DNA of 64,000 bases, taken from the NCBI GenBank assembly GCA_904063045.1, contig CAJFCJ010000007.1, forward strand, positions 1,050,819-1,114,818, given 5' to 3'. The notes beneath the pieces were generated by a model, which worked only from the letters and a program-made list of their open reading frames with translations, was not told the DNA's origin and did no database searches. This stretch comes from Dimorphilus gyrociliatus (taxonomy: Eukaryota > Animalia > Annelida). The position numbers were made by a program, and so were the translations under genes. How positions within the stretch are numbered: position 1 is the stretch's first letter; every line of letters begins with the position of its first letter. Below, piece by piece: positions 1 to 12,658 of this stretch.

Positions 1-1741
1 ATCCTGGAAAAAATCCATTTTTAGTCGGTGCTTGTTTTATCGAATGTATATTTACACATGAGTTGTTTAGTTGGTTTGTAGAATTTTTAGCGAGTTTTTT
101 TTTTGTGTGCCTTTGCACATCCGAAATTGTTCGTGTGGTGTTGAATTATTATTTAAATACAATTAATTGTATACAATTTAACTAAAGTGACAAATCTTCA
201 TAATTATTTTAAAGTTGCAAAACACTTTATCCACTCTTTGATAACAAAGAAGTTTCACTCAAGTACCAGATGGCACTACTGATGGATAATAAATTTTATA
301 TTTATATCATAAAAACATCTTTTAATCCATAACGCCAGCTGTAAAACTTAATATCGAGGAGTAAAAAAAGTAGAATATGAAAAGCAATGAGTTTTTGATT
401 GGCATAAAGTCAATAATTTTACCCTTATGCTTAACATTGAAATTTCAGTTTTCAGGCGATTCGTGACAAACTTTAAACTTGATAGCTGATTTAGCGTGAT
501 TAGCGAATAATTTACATTCATTTAGTAGTGAATTAGGCGTCAAAGTCTAGTTCTAAGACACGAGCTATTCTCATACAAGGAAAATTACTTGAAAATTAAT
601 TCAACAAAGGCTAAACTTTCCATATTCTCTTTCATTCTCGATCAATGAACCGAAGATATTAATGATGGCCGTCGGCTGCGAAAGGTTTACTTGATTCTTA
701 TTAATATACAAAGCACTCAATCTTGGAAAATTTTCCATCTCATTCAACCTTGAATGTCAATCCGAAGGGAGAAAGTACAATTCAATTCTACTCGTCTATT
801 TAAAACTTTTTGCTTATTGAAAGATGTGATAGACATTAATTACAAACGTGAAAATATGTGTTTTTTCACCGTTCTGACATTGATTTGAATAGAACACTTG
901 ACATACAACTAGTCATTTTGCTGATATTTTTCAAATTAATTACAAAACTAATTACCATCTTGAAGGATACTTTTTAAATCGTATGAAAGAAATTTCCTGT
1001 TATAATACGTCTTTTGCACGCTCACCCTCTCTAGCGTGAAGTTGTTAATGCACATTTACTCATTAATATTCATAAAGTTTGACACATTATTCATATTGTA
1101 AGAGAGCTTGCAACTTCTTAACAATGAAACATGATTGAAACCGTTAGAAGAAACTGTTCTTTCTTTTTTTCCGTTTTAATGACAACATTAAAATCAATAA
1201 AAAAAACCACTTAAGTTCTATTGTTTTAGTGTCTCTAACTTTTCATTAAAGATTGTTTAAACAAAGAAAAATAATGAAAATGTGATTAAAATGGAATATT
1301 CTCTTTATATTAAAAAAATTCTTTAAAGTCTCTTTTTTCAAAAGAGTTAAAAAACAAAAACTATTTAAACTGTTTATTCAATTTAAATTGCAAACAATAA
1401 CAAAACGTTCCCTTGTTCAATAACAACGTTGTTAAGGACAACAAAATATCACAATTTTTGCCTGTTGTATGCTATGTTTTCCTTTTATTTTTTTTAAAGC
1501 ATAAATAAATTATAATAAATATATAAGATTTGTTCCAATATCTAACAAGTTCAATCGAAATTGTTAATTATACTAAACCTCTATCAAATGAGAATGTATG
1601 TATGCGATTTTGAAAATTATATAATGTAAATCTTCGTTTCTTAAACGCATCTCTTATAAACTGGTTTTATATATATATATATATAAATAGACTGTACTTT
1701 AGTACTCTTCTTCAGGGTTCTTCTTATCTTTGACAATTATT

Positions 1742-2117
1742 TTAGTCGGAGTTTATTTTTGTTATGGAGAAGTATAGGATGAAATAGATGCCAACAAAGA
1801 CTGCTGCTATAGCTAAAACTATCAGTAAAGCCTCCTAACAATAAAAAAACACGGCTATTGACATTTGATTATGGAAATATTTTCTTTTTTTCAATCTAAT
1901 TATTATACCTTTGTTGTTTCCCCAAATGATTTCTTTTTGTTGGCTATTTCCTTTGATAGCTTAACGTCTTTCTTGCTTTTTTTCCAGTCTTGCTTTCCTA
2001 TGGGACAATTTTCCTATAGATTAGTTGTATTAAGAGAAATTTCTTACAGACACAACCTATTTGTTTTCTGTATTGTTCAACGGGTGTATTTCTTGAAGCT
2101 GCATCTTTGCGACCCAT
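1742..2117 (-). CDS. TRIQK: Triple QxxK/R motif-containing protein (small single-pass membrane protein, ~80 aa), 3 exons; absent from the ORF track
   Basis: Exons 2117-2057, 1997-1909, 1834-1742 with GT-AG introns (59 and 74 nt) translate to MGRKDAASRNTPVEQYRKQIGKQDWKKSKKDVKLSKEIANKKKSFGETTKEALLIVLAIAAVFVGIYFILYFSITKINSD*. This matches the TRIQK pattern MGRKDA..PV.QYRKQIGKQD.KK followed by a C-terminal TM helix. Confidence 0.9.
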
Positions 2118-2760
2118 TTTTAGTTAAAATTCTTTCTATATTGTTAAAATAATATTTTATCGCTCAACAATTTCCCAATTATATTTTTAATAAGAAATGC
2201 AATTTTAAATCTTACTTATTGCTCTCGAAAATTTATGGATATAATATATCTCGCAACGAGCTATATTCCCAAATAATATGGTTTATGAAAATAATTATTG
2301 CTTGTTTTGAATTGGAGAAAAAATAGTCAACGTGGAACGATTTTTAACGCCATCTGCAGTATTATGATTCATTATATTTAAAAATTCTCGTTATCTCCGA
2401 AACTTCTTTATAATATTCAGCGCTAATGCTCAGATTGATACATTGATACTAATTGTGCACTAATCTTTAATTATATGAATGTAATTTTCAAGATATCTTA
2501 CCATTCGAGTTTACTTTCGTTTTCGATATAATGCCGAATTAAAGCAGCATTTACTGTGAGCTGTACAAAGACAGTCAAATGTAACAAATTAAAATACATG
2601 AGGTTCATTATTTATAGCAATCTGTTTATGTAAATAACAAATTACAAGGATTTTTAATCTGCTGGGGTAAACTGGTATGTTTATTTCATCATCCAATATT
2701 GCGTCAGACAGATCAAAACCTATATAAAGCCGGCTTTCTTCCAGTTGACACTAATCAACA

Positions 2761-4487
2761 ATGTGTGGTATTTGGGCTATTTTTGGTTCTGATAAAGACG
2801 TATCTGTTCAGTGCAAGTCGTGTTTGGCAATTGCACACAGAGGACCTGATTCGTTTAGAATTGAAAATGTCAACCATTTTCCGAATTGCTGTTTCGGTTT
2901 CCATAGGTTGGCCATTGTTGATGATATGCTTGGCATGCAACCTATGAGAATTCATTCTCTACCCCATCTATGGCTTTGTTACAACGGTGAAATTTATAAT
3001 TTCAAAACTGTAAGTTTTTAACCAATTTAAAATCTATTTAAATAGTAATACGAAATTCGTTCTATATGTTTTATCAGGTTGAAAAGCAATTCGACTTTAA
3101 ATATGAAACTCAATGCGACGGAGAAGCTATTCTACACTTGTATGAACATGGAGGAGCAAAATTCATGGCCCAGAATTTGGACGGAGTCTTTGCATTTATG
3201 CTCTTAGATACAAAAAATCAAAAAGTGTTTGTTGGCCGAGACACCTATGGTATCAGGCCTGCGTTCAGAATGATAACCAAAGACGGTTTCCTAGCCGTCT
3301 GTTCTGAGGCTAAAGGCCTTATGGACATAGTTCACGAATGTCCTTATGCCAAGGTTGAACCTTTTCCCCCAGGACACGTAGAGAGTTATGATTTGGCTGA
3401 TAATGGTAAAGTTTCGTTAACATCATCTGAAAGGTTTCACAGCATAGGACACCCACCAAAATATTTAACTCCTGCACCACCAACTGAGGGCAAAGATGTA
3501 TATGAAAATATTCGCAACCTTTTTGAAACTGCCGTAAGAAAAAGAATGATTGGTCAAAGAAGAATTGGCTGTCTATTGTCTGGAGGACTTGATTCATCAT
3601 TAGTCGCTGCTCTTGTATGCAAATACGTTAAGGAAGAGGAAAGAGGCTATCCTGTGCAAACTTTCTCGATTGGACTGGAAGGATCTCCAGATATCGTTGC
3701 TGCTCGTAAAGTTGCACAACATATCGGTTCAGAGCATCATGAATTCACTTTCAAGACGGAAGATTTCCTCAATGCTGTCAGACCGACTATTCAAGCTTTA
3801 GAAACCTATGATATTACAACTATTCGGGCCTCCGTGCCGATGTATTTGTTGAGTCAAAGAATCTCTAAAGAAACAGACAGTATAGTTATTTTTTCTGGAG
3901 AAGGAGCCGACGAACTAGCACAAGGTTACATTTACTTTCATAAAGCACCATCGCCAGCTGAGGCAGATGAGGAGAGTAGACGTCTACTAAACGATTTGTA
4001 TTTCTTTGATGTCCTGCGAACTGACAGAACTACTGCTGCCCATGGCTTAGAAGTTCGTGTGCCATTTTTGGATCATCAGTTTGACGCTTACTTTTTGTCA
4101 ATTGATCCTAAATTAAGACAACCTGCAAACGGCGTAGAAAAGTCACTAGTAAGAAAAGCATTTGAGAACACCGGCCTGCTACCAAACGAGATTCTTTGGC
4201 GACCCAAGGAAGCATTTAGTGATGGGGTATCATCTACAGAAAAATCTTGGTTTAAAATACTACAAGAGGATGTTGAAACTAAAGTCACCGACGATGATCT
4301 GGCTGCCGCTTCCAAAGTCTTTGTTCACAATCCCCCTAAAACAAAGGAAGCTTATTTCTACAGAACAATCTTTGAAGAATTCTATCCAAGCCAAGGTGAA
4401 TGGCTTCCCTATTACTGGATGCCAAAGTGGATTGACGGTGCCAGCGACCCGTCAGCTCGTACTCTAGGGCATTATAAGACTGCTTAA
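2761..4487 (+). CDS. ASNS: Asparagine synthetase (glutamine-hydrolysing), 2 exons
   Basis: Exon 1 2761-3009 begins MCGIWAIFG (Ntn-amidotransferase Cys2). Phase-0 GT-AG intron 3010-3077. Exon 2 3078-4487 has [32 protein letters not shown] and DPSARTL. Confidence 0.97.
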
Positions 4488-4867
4488 TAGCCTAGTAATT
4501 TATGAACTATAGGGTAGATGTAATAATAATTATGAATTATTGTCCCTGTAGTGATAAATATTATATCAATGTCTCTATGTTAGACAATAAAATACGGAAA
4601 AGGGTTAAAGGTCTTACAACGTATTAAATATTTGGCAATTATCAAATGTTATTTTATTATCATTTAAAATATCAAAAAAACAACCAGCCAGTTTAGACTC
4701 TCATTGTTCTTTAACCTTTATAAAGAATGGGAATAGTCTTACATTTAAAAGAACATAACATACAATAAGTTTACAGACACATACATAAAACATATATTGT
4801 ATATACAGTATATATATATAAACAATATCTGATATAACAAAGGACGTATTACAACAAATGTTGTCAG

Positions 4868-5581
4868 TTATTCATGTTTACTACTACCTTCCAATACAGT
4901 AAGAACCATATTGGATATGATCTGAGCAGATTCTATGACATTACTCGTAATTATATCAATGTTTTTTTCATTTTCATTTTCATCCTTTTGAAATTCTTCT
5001 TCAAATATATTGAGTAAATGTCTTTCGAGCATTTTACCTTGGCGGATAATCTCATTTCTTTTACGACGAAGACCATTAGAAAATATCTTTTTACGCTTCT
5101 TTCTTGGAACATCATCCGATGATAAATCAGACGAGTCGATGTCTGAAAACTTTCTCTTTGACGGACGAATTGTCTTTTTTATGGTTGATAGTTTAAGAGA
5201 TAAATGTTGACATTCTTTCTTCGATTGTTCTAATTCTCTACACCGCCTCATCAACTCCCTTTCAGTTTCATCTAATTGATTTTTTAACTTCTGCTGCTTA
5301 TCTTTACATTTTTGTAATGTTTTTATATAAGTTTTATAGTTTTCTCTTAGCTTTTGTTTCAGTTCAAGCATTTTGTCTTTATCGGTTCTCTTTCTAATGA
5401 TTGTGTAGCTTTTTTCGCTATCGCTATCGCCAGAACTGCAGTTTAAGACGTAAGAACTATCAGAATCGCTATTCTCATTACCCTTACCATTGAGTACTGT
5501 CATCATCTCACTCAGAGATTCCACGGGTGAAGTTGGTTCACCCATGTATGAAAGTTCACTTTGAGGTTCTACAATACTCAT
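4868..5581 (-). CDS. Uncharacterised coiled-coil protein with Ser/Asp-rich patches and basic NLS-like clusters (237 aa)
   Basis: Uninterrupted 237-codon ORF with a heptad-like E/K/Q/L segment and PRKKRKK. An acceptor-like TTTTCAG lies 6 nt upstream of the ATG, so an upstream exon is possible. No family recognised. Confidence 0.65.
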   Translation of the reverse strand: MSIVEPQSELSYMGEPTSPVESLSEMMTVLNGKGNENSDSDSSYVLNCSSGDSDSEKSYTIIRKRTDKDKMLELKQKLRENYKTYIKTLQKCKDKQQKLKNQLDETERELMRRCRELEQSKKECQHLSLKLSTIKKTIRPSKRKFSDIDSSDLSSDDVPRKKRKKIFSNGLRRKRNEIIRQGKMLERHLLNIFEEEFQKDENENEKNIDIITSNVIESAQIISNMVLTVLEGSSKHE

Positions 5582-6387
5582 TGTTATCTGAAAATATTCA
5601 TTAAACTATGGCAAAGCTAATAAATAGTTTTTTAGTCTTTTTGACTAGATAATCTAGGTATACACAAGAAATAACAGTTTATCAACTGAATTGTCTACTC
5701 GATCTAAATCCTGGACGATTAATGATCGAATTACTTTTTATTTCATAAAATATCGAGAAGTTGAGTTCTATCAGCTATGTCTACAATTTCTATAGAATTT
5801 ATTTAACATTAATTTTAACTTATCTAGGTGTCCAGATATTTTTTTATGGCTTTTTGTCCTTTTCTTAATCGATCTTAATTAAAAATCGATTTCCCCTACC
5901 ACTGACCTTAAATTTAGGAGGATAAATTGGCGGGATATCCCTGGCAATTAATGCCATCTAGTTAGAGAATATTTCAGAGATCATGATGCATACTCTGATT
6001 AGGATGGACATAAGGCTAGACGCGTCAGATAATTAGTTGATTTACGATTTTGTAAATTGTCTTTATTGACTCTCATAATTTAGGGTCTTAGTTGACATTT
6101 CAGTTGAAATTCAAATTTTGCACTTGAAGCGTAAAATTCTTTCATACCTTTACATTCCTAAGCTATTTCGAAGACAACGAAATTTTAATGACCCTTTTGA
6201 TATTTATAAAAGTTGTCTGGTAGTTTTTATGCTTTTACTTTTTAGATTAGCGTCGCTTATGAAGATAATTATCAAACTTAATCCCTTAAACATAGGCCAT
6301 CTACTGTATACTTGAATAACTAAAGGGCGATATTTCCGTCAAGTTGAAGGTCAAACAAGCAATTATATTTGATTCTCGGCTTTGAAA

Positions 6388-8591
6388 ATGATTAACTTAA
6401 AGCCGCCTTGTCAAACTTTAGCTTTGTTAAGGCGAGCAAGAAACTTTCATCTTATAAGATTTTATTACAATGATTCAAAGTACGCAAAACCGCCTTCCGT
6501 TAAGCCGATACATGTTAAAAGCGAAAAATTCTCTGATAGGATAGCGATAATTGATAAAAACGGTGCTTATAAGTATGGAACTTTACTATATAACACACAT
6601 CGGCTAGTTGATAAAATTCTAGGAACTCTAAATTTTGAGTATAACGAGTTTCGTCATCAAACAATCTGTACAATTGGTCCGAATGACTCCTTTTTCGTTA
6701 TATCGCAGTGGGCATGTCATATTCTTGAAAGTATGCATGTTCCGCTTTATAGTCAGCACCCCGTTTCTGAACTTCGCTACTTTATTGAAAACTCGAAGGC
6801 TAAGGTTGTTATTACTACCCCGGAATTTACTGATAAAATAGAGAGCATTGCGCAAGAGCTTAAGATAGCGGTGGTGGAAGTCGATATGTCAGATAACCTG
6901 CCTGGAAACTACGAATACATGAAGAATAATTTAAGGGAAGTTTTAAGAAATCATACCAAACGAAATAGGCTTCATTATCAATTGGCATTGGCTAACAAAT
7001 TTCAAAAAAGAGATTGTCTAATGTTATATACAAGTGGAACAACCGGCCGACCTAAGGGAGTAGTACATACTTTCGGAACCTTAGATACTTGTATCAAAGA
7101 TATGGGGTACGTTTGGAAATGGAATCGGGATGATGTAATTTTACATTCTTTACCGTTACATCATTACCATGGTATCGTCAACTGCCTAATGACTCCTCTG
7201 AATTTTGGTGCATGTTGCGTAATGATGCCTAGATTCAATCCTGCCGAGGTAGGTTTTATCTAAACTATTCGTTCGCACCGTCCATTTGGTTTTTAAACTT
7301 AGGATTCGATAAAAAAAATAAAAGTATAGATTAATGGAATCAACAAAACATTCTTGGCCTTACGAATTTCTAAGGAATGTACGTTGAATCTTGTTCTCAA
7401 CCATGTAATCTTTACCAGATGGCAGTGCGAACGATTCTAATAGAAAACTAATTTTTGGTGGTATTTTAAAGTGTATTTAAATTAGACATGGGCCTACTTT
7501 CTCGGTAAAAAGAAGCTTAATGAAAGTATTAAGAGAATAAATATTTTTATGGGTGTTCCAACAATGTATGTCAAGCTGATTGAATATTATGAGAATGTTG
7601 TTGGGAAGGGAAGAAGGGGGAGGAGATTAGCCGAAAAAATCAAGAGAATTTGTCAAAATGAAATTAGGTCAGTAGAAAATAAACCATGTATCATTTTAGA
7701 AAAAGAAAAAACTTGTTGCAGGTTAATGTGTTCTGGGTCAGCATCTCTTCCGTCAAGTGTGTTTGAGAAGTGGGAAGAAATTACCGGCCACCGTCTTTTA
7801 GAGCGTTACGGAATGACTGAAAGTGGAATGGCTTTAACAAACCCGTATAATCCTATCTCGTCTAGAACGCCAAAATTTGTTGGTGAGCCTTTTCCAAGTG
7901 TAGACGTTGCTGTTGTCCAACACAAAGACGGCGAATCAGACGAATTTCTATTAGAAGTTTGCAAGGGTCGATATCGGATTAAGCCGAGTGAGTTGATTGA
8001 ATTGGACTCATAATCAAATAATCTTTTTCATTAATTGCTGCTTTGTGATAAAATATGCTTCACTATTGTACATTTATTATATTTTTAATTAATTATTATA
8101 TTTTTCGATCAGAAACCGAACCAGTAGAAGGCGAACTTTATGTATACGGAAATAATGTCTTTAAAAGGTACTGGGAGAATGAGGAAGCTACCGCTGAGGC
8201 ATTTACCAAGGAAGGCTGGTTTAAAACTGGTGATATTGTATCATATGAAAACAGAAAGTTTAAAATGGTTGGAAGGTCTTCTGTTGATATTATAAAATGT
8301 CAATCTTTTAAAATTGGAGCACTTGACATCGAAGGAAAACTACTCAATCACGAAAATATAAGAGAAGTCGCAGTCCTCGGAGTTCCGGATAATGTACAGG
8401 GTGAAAAAGTAGCATGCTTAATAGCTTTAAAAAGTCAGGATAAAAAGTTGACACTTGAGGAGTTAAAAGATTGGTGTCGGGATAAGATGCCCCACTATCA
8501 CACACCTACTGAACTTTTAATTGTCGATAGCATTCCACGAAATGCTATGGGTAAAGTTAATAAAAAAGAACTCATTAAGATGTTTTTATAA
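6388..8591 (+). CDS. ACSF3: Mitochondrial malonyl-CoA synthetase-like acyl-CoA synthetase (ACSF3 family), 4 exons
   Basis: Exons 6388-7248, 7486-7667, 7722-7987, 8113-8591. AMP-binding motif YTSGTTGRPKG, plus LPLHHYHG, FMGVPTMY, LLERYGMTE, GWFKTGD and IPRNAMGKVNKK. Arg-rich presequence-like N-terminus. Confidence 0.85.
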
Positions 8592-8841
8592 AATAGTCAA
8601 TTAAATAAACAATTGTAATAAAGACAAAGGTGGAGAGTAATTGGTTAATTAACTCTTTGTTATACTTTTAACAGAATGAATGCTTAATTAGGTCTCTTCA
8701 ATGAATATTTTGCATGATAATATAGTCGATAGTTGTCGAAATGACATTTAACGTAGGCTTCTCTTTCGTAATATAATAATAGCGTGTTTTTTATTATTTG
8801 AAAAAAGGATTACGAGTAAAAGCACTTTTGTTATTTTCAAT

Positions 8842-10930
8842 ATGACTGCAATATCGCCTCCCCCTCCTAATCTCGATATCAAGTCAAACTTTAGAAGCGT
8901 CAAAATGATCGATCGACGTCGAAGTAAAGCAAAGGTCTGCTACTGTCGGTCTAAATTCGTTGACGAATCAAAACGACCTAGGGGACCAACTCCCTGGGGC
9001 GGAAAATGGACTAGACTTGCTCTGCCTTTTCCTGTTACGTCGCGGAAGAAACGTCGCCAGAGGCTAATCGCTAAACGTGTTTGGACACCGGATAAAGAAT
9101 GGGTGGAACTATCAGAAAATAAGCAATCAACACCTGACCTGTTTGATTCGCATGTTGAAGAAGTAGAAAAAGTAACTGAAGAGACAAGTGTTACATTTGA
9201 CGACTCCAGCTCTGAGTACGATACAGATGTCGAAAGGGAATTTAAAACCGACGACCATCCATCATCTTTAACCGGTCGAAACTTATACGACTTGGTCTGC
9301 AAACGATTCAACTTGCCCCCGAACTCATATTTCCGAAAGAGTATCATGAATAAGAAAATGAGATTTCGACACAGGTGTATGGGTCCCAAAGCCGCCAAGG
9401 CTATCTGCATTACTCTTTGTGCCAATGTAACCATTCGGGAATTAGACTTAAGGGATAATGCTTTAGGAGCAGTCGGTGCATTCTACGTAAGCGAAATGAT
9501 GAAAGAGAATTGTTTTATCACCGATCTAGTTAGTTTATTCACAAAAGCAGATGGATAAAATCATAATAAATCGTTTTCCATCTTTAAAAGTCGTTAGCCG
9601 ACAATGCTATAGGGCTCGAAGGCGTCAAATACATTAACGATATGATGCAATCCAACATAACATTGGAAAAATTGAATCTATCTAGTTAGTATTCTAAAAC
9701 TGTCTTTTCTTACATGCATATATCAAAGAGCAGGTTTTCCTCATCTAAATATTCAGACAATGGGTTAGGCGATAGTTCTGCGGACGATATCGCAACTATT
9801 CTAAAGGTAAACAAAACCAATTTTCTTTATATCTTCCACTTAGCAAACTCTATACTATTCAACTTAAGTTTTTAAGTTCTTTATACAAAAGTGTAAGTTA
9901 CTATTTGCTTTAACGCTAGTCGTTTATTGTTAGAATAGTGCCAAACTAGTACATTTGAATCTGAATCGTAACGAATTCTCTGATAAAGGCTTATCGAAAA
10001 TCGCCGACGGTCTGCGTAAGTTATCTCTGATTATCTTGTTTTCCTTTTCGACCGTCAAAACAAAAACGTCGGGTGAATAAAACAGGATACAATACGTCCC
10101 TGAAGAGCATAGACTTATCTTGGAATCAGTTCGGTAGCAAAGGTTTAATTAATCTATTAGACATCTTAAAGGTTAATTCTATCTTATCTCTACCTCTCTC
10201 TTTTTTATTCCAATTGAAATATAAACGATTTAGTTAATACTATTTATTAAATTATCAGAATCATCCGTCAATATCAGAAATAAAAGCGAATTTTAATGGA
10301 ATTGATAACAAGTCATTACTGTCTGTCACCGAGATAATCGATAAGCAGAAAGGGAACAATAATTTGAAAGTTATCGATTTGTCTAATAACAGAATAACGG
10401 ATAATGGAATGAATGTTTTGGCAAAAGGATTATCAAATAGTAGCGATCTTGAACAAATGAATCTCGCTCGTAATCAAATTTTTAGTAACGAATCCATCCG
10501 TAAATTGACTGAAGTCCTAATAAAAAATCAATCGTCCTCGCTACGACTACTAGATTTAACAGTTAGGCCTATATATTATAATAATATCAGTATTATAATA
10601 ATTAAATTCAGTAGGGAGGGTAATTCGTGAAATGTTTTTCAATTTTGTTTCTATTTTCTTCCGATTCCTTAGGGTTTATTAGCGGACGTGTCGTATATCG
10701 ATAAATTAAACGGTGAGAAATCGAAAAGTAAATTACAGCCGATCGACATTAAGCACTCGGGAAATGTTCGGTGCAACGGTAAAATTCGTTTAGAACACAT
10801 CATGGGAGGTGGATTAGCCAGCGATGAAAAATCTGACAGGTTTGAGGAAATCTTAGGTTGGAATCATCTGAAATCAATTAGTAACCAGTTTGAAAAGACA
10901 ACAATTCAAACGTTACCTAAATCTGATTAA
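8842..10930 (+). CDS. RNI-like leucine-rich repeat protein, LRRC74-like, 7 exons
   Basis: Exons 8842-9528, 9591-9684, 9757-9806, 9934-10015, 10086-10171, 10259-10561, 10673-10930, all GT-AG and in frame. Repeats include LDLRDNALG, LSLADNAIG, LNLNRNEFSDKG, IDLSWNQFGSKG and IDLSNNRITDNG. The subfamily call is inference. Confidence 0.75.
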
Positions 10931-11447
10931 AGTCGGGAAAAAGTTATCAACAGTTCTACAGAAAAGACTAAGTAAAGTTTTCAAAAATAGAATCTTATAT
11001 AATGGGCAAAGTTGTAAGTTTACGAGCTTAATTTAAATAAGAATAAAGGTGTTAAATGGTGATTATTTATAGTGTTTCGAGAATGAAGAAAGAGGACGGG
11101 GGAATGGTAGACTTCAGAAATATTTTATGTATAATTAAGTAAGAAAAAGAGAAGAGAATAAAAACCTTTAACTTAGTTATATAAAAAAAAGTCAAAAGTA
11201 AACTGGTAGATGTCAGATATATCTTTCTCTTCACATTAACGGTATATAAATAAAGTATATAAAAAGAGGCGGGAAAAAAAGAAGCAGCTTGTTAAATATT
11301 TTAAGCGCCGGTTTTATCGTGCTACTTATCTCACAATGTTGATTTGACAAGAGAAACGCTAGAAAAAAAGATAAACGAAGACAGCTACGTTGAAAAAACA
11401 CAGCCATAACAACGTTCGATTGTGGCGCCTCATCGTTGCTATGATCG

Positions 11448-11462
11448 GTTGCTAGGGACAAC
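11448..11462. promoter_or_regulatory. RFX X-box-like site upstream of CFAP161
   Basis: GTTGCT-AGG-GACAAC, an imperfect inverted repeat of X-box form, about 70 nt upstream of a ciliary gene ATG. Confidence 0.55.
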
Positions 11463-11533
11463 AAATCATACAAACACATTCACATTTGCCTGTTTATATT
11501 CATTTTTAGCATAAATTTAAAAAGCTAATAGTG

Positions 11534-12658
11534 ATGAGTTGGGTGAGAACTTATAATCCATCTGTAAGAGTCGGCAATTGGAATGAGGACATTGCGCTAG
11601 AAGAGGTTAGTACTTAAAATAATCAAAGATAAAGAATAGGGCCAAAAGTTTTATTATTATGTAGCATTTGCTCAATTATTTCCGTCATTGTTGCATTTTA
11701 ATTTCCGTTATAGAATACCATAAAAGATTTCTTAGAGAGAAGAGAAAGAGGGGAGCTACTCATACAGAAATCATCAAAGTTCCGAGAAACACTCTTAGAG
11801 CCTGTAAGATTATTACTATCTCTTAAAAGTCAAACAATTCTTAATTAAATTGTAAACTTATAAGTGCGTGTTTATTTATTTATTTAGATAACGACATCAA
11901 CATCACGAGATGGTAAAGTGCACTTTGGCGATCTTGTCCAATTGGGATGTGAGGAACCAAAGTCTGTTTTGAGCTTGAATGGCAATGATGTTTACGGTTC
12001 TCGAAACGTAGAAAGCAGTCAGAGAAACGTCTTTTGTATTGTGAGGTGATAAAAAAGTGAAATATCCCATTTTAATTATTACTAATTGCCTGTTCCATCT
12101 GCTCTTTATCTAGTTGTGATGGAACGGCGAACGGGGAGCCTCTAAACTATGGGCAAGATTTCATGCTCCGCACGGCACACAGCTGTTTGTTCTTGGAGAG
12201 TGACAGGCAGACGTTTGCACGTGCCGCAAAGAAATCTCGTCACAATTTAGTTCAATTAGTCGAAAGACCTTCCAAGCTAACTAGATGGCGTGCAATTTTT
12301 TTCAATCCAAAATTTCGTCTTGAATCGACAGGATTTCCAGTTCAAGCAAACGAAAAATGTCTAATACAACATTGCATGACTAATGTAAATCTAAATCTGG
12401 AATCAGAGCATTTACTGTCGTAAGTTATTTTTACTTAATTAATAAAAAATTAATTAATAAATAATCCTCTTGACTGTAACCCTTTTTATTGCTTTTTTTC
12501 TATATTATTCTTTTGTTACACTCAGAACACCCTTTGGAAAAGAGTACGAGGTAGCCGGTCATAGTTGCTATGATTCCCACAAAGCCGAATTAGGTACTAA
12601 TCATTGGAGATTCGAAATGGACATACCCGGCGGTCCCGAAAAGCTTTCATCATCATAA
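11534..12658 (+). CDS. CFAP161: Cilia- and flagella-associated protein 161, 5 exons
   Basis: Exons 11534-11605, 11714-11803, 11888-12045, 12114-12419, 12526-12658. N-terminus MSWVRTYNPSVRVGNWNEDIALEE / NTIKDFLERRERGELLIQK; then DGKVHFGD and TPFGKEYEV...NHW, as in CFAP161. Confidence 0.88.

Noticed and set aside
456-468. 13-mer GCGATTCGTGACA repeated at 61809-61821, both copies near a CTCF-like motif
   Set aside because: Many exact 13-mer pairs are expected by chance in 64 kb, and there are only two copies.
1-1400. Possible minus-strand exons (open segments near 1-150 and 870-1000 with splice-like ends)
   Set aside because: I could not assemble a consistent stop-free gene model or recognise a protein.
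1865-2152. 95-aa Phe/Leu-rich + strand ORF
   Set aside because: Antisense shadow of TRIQK.
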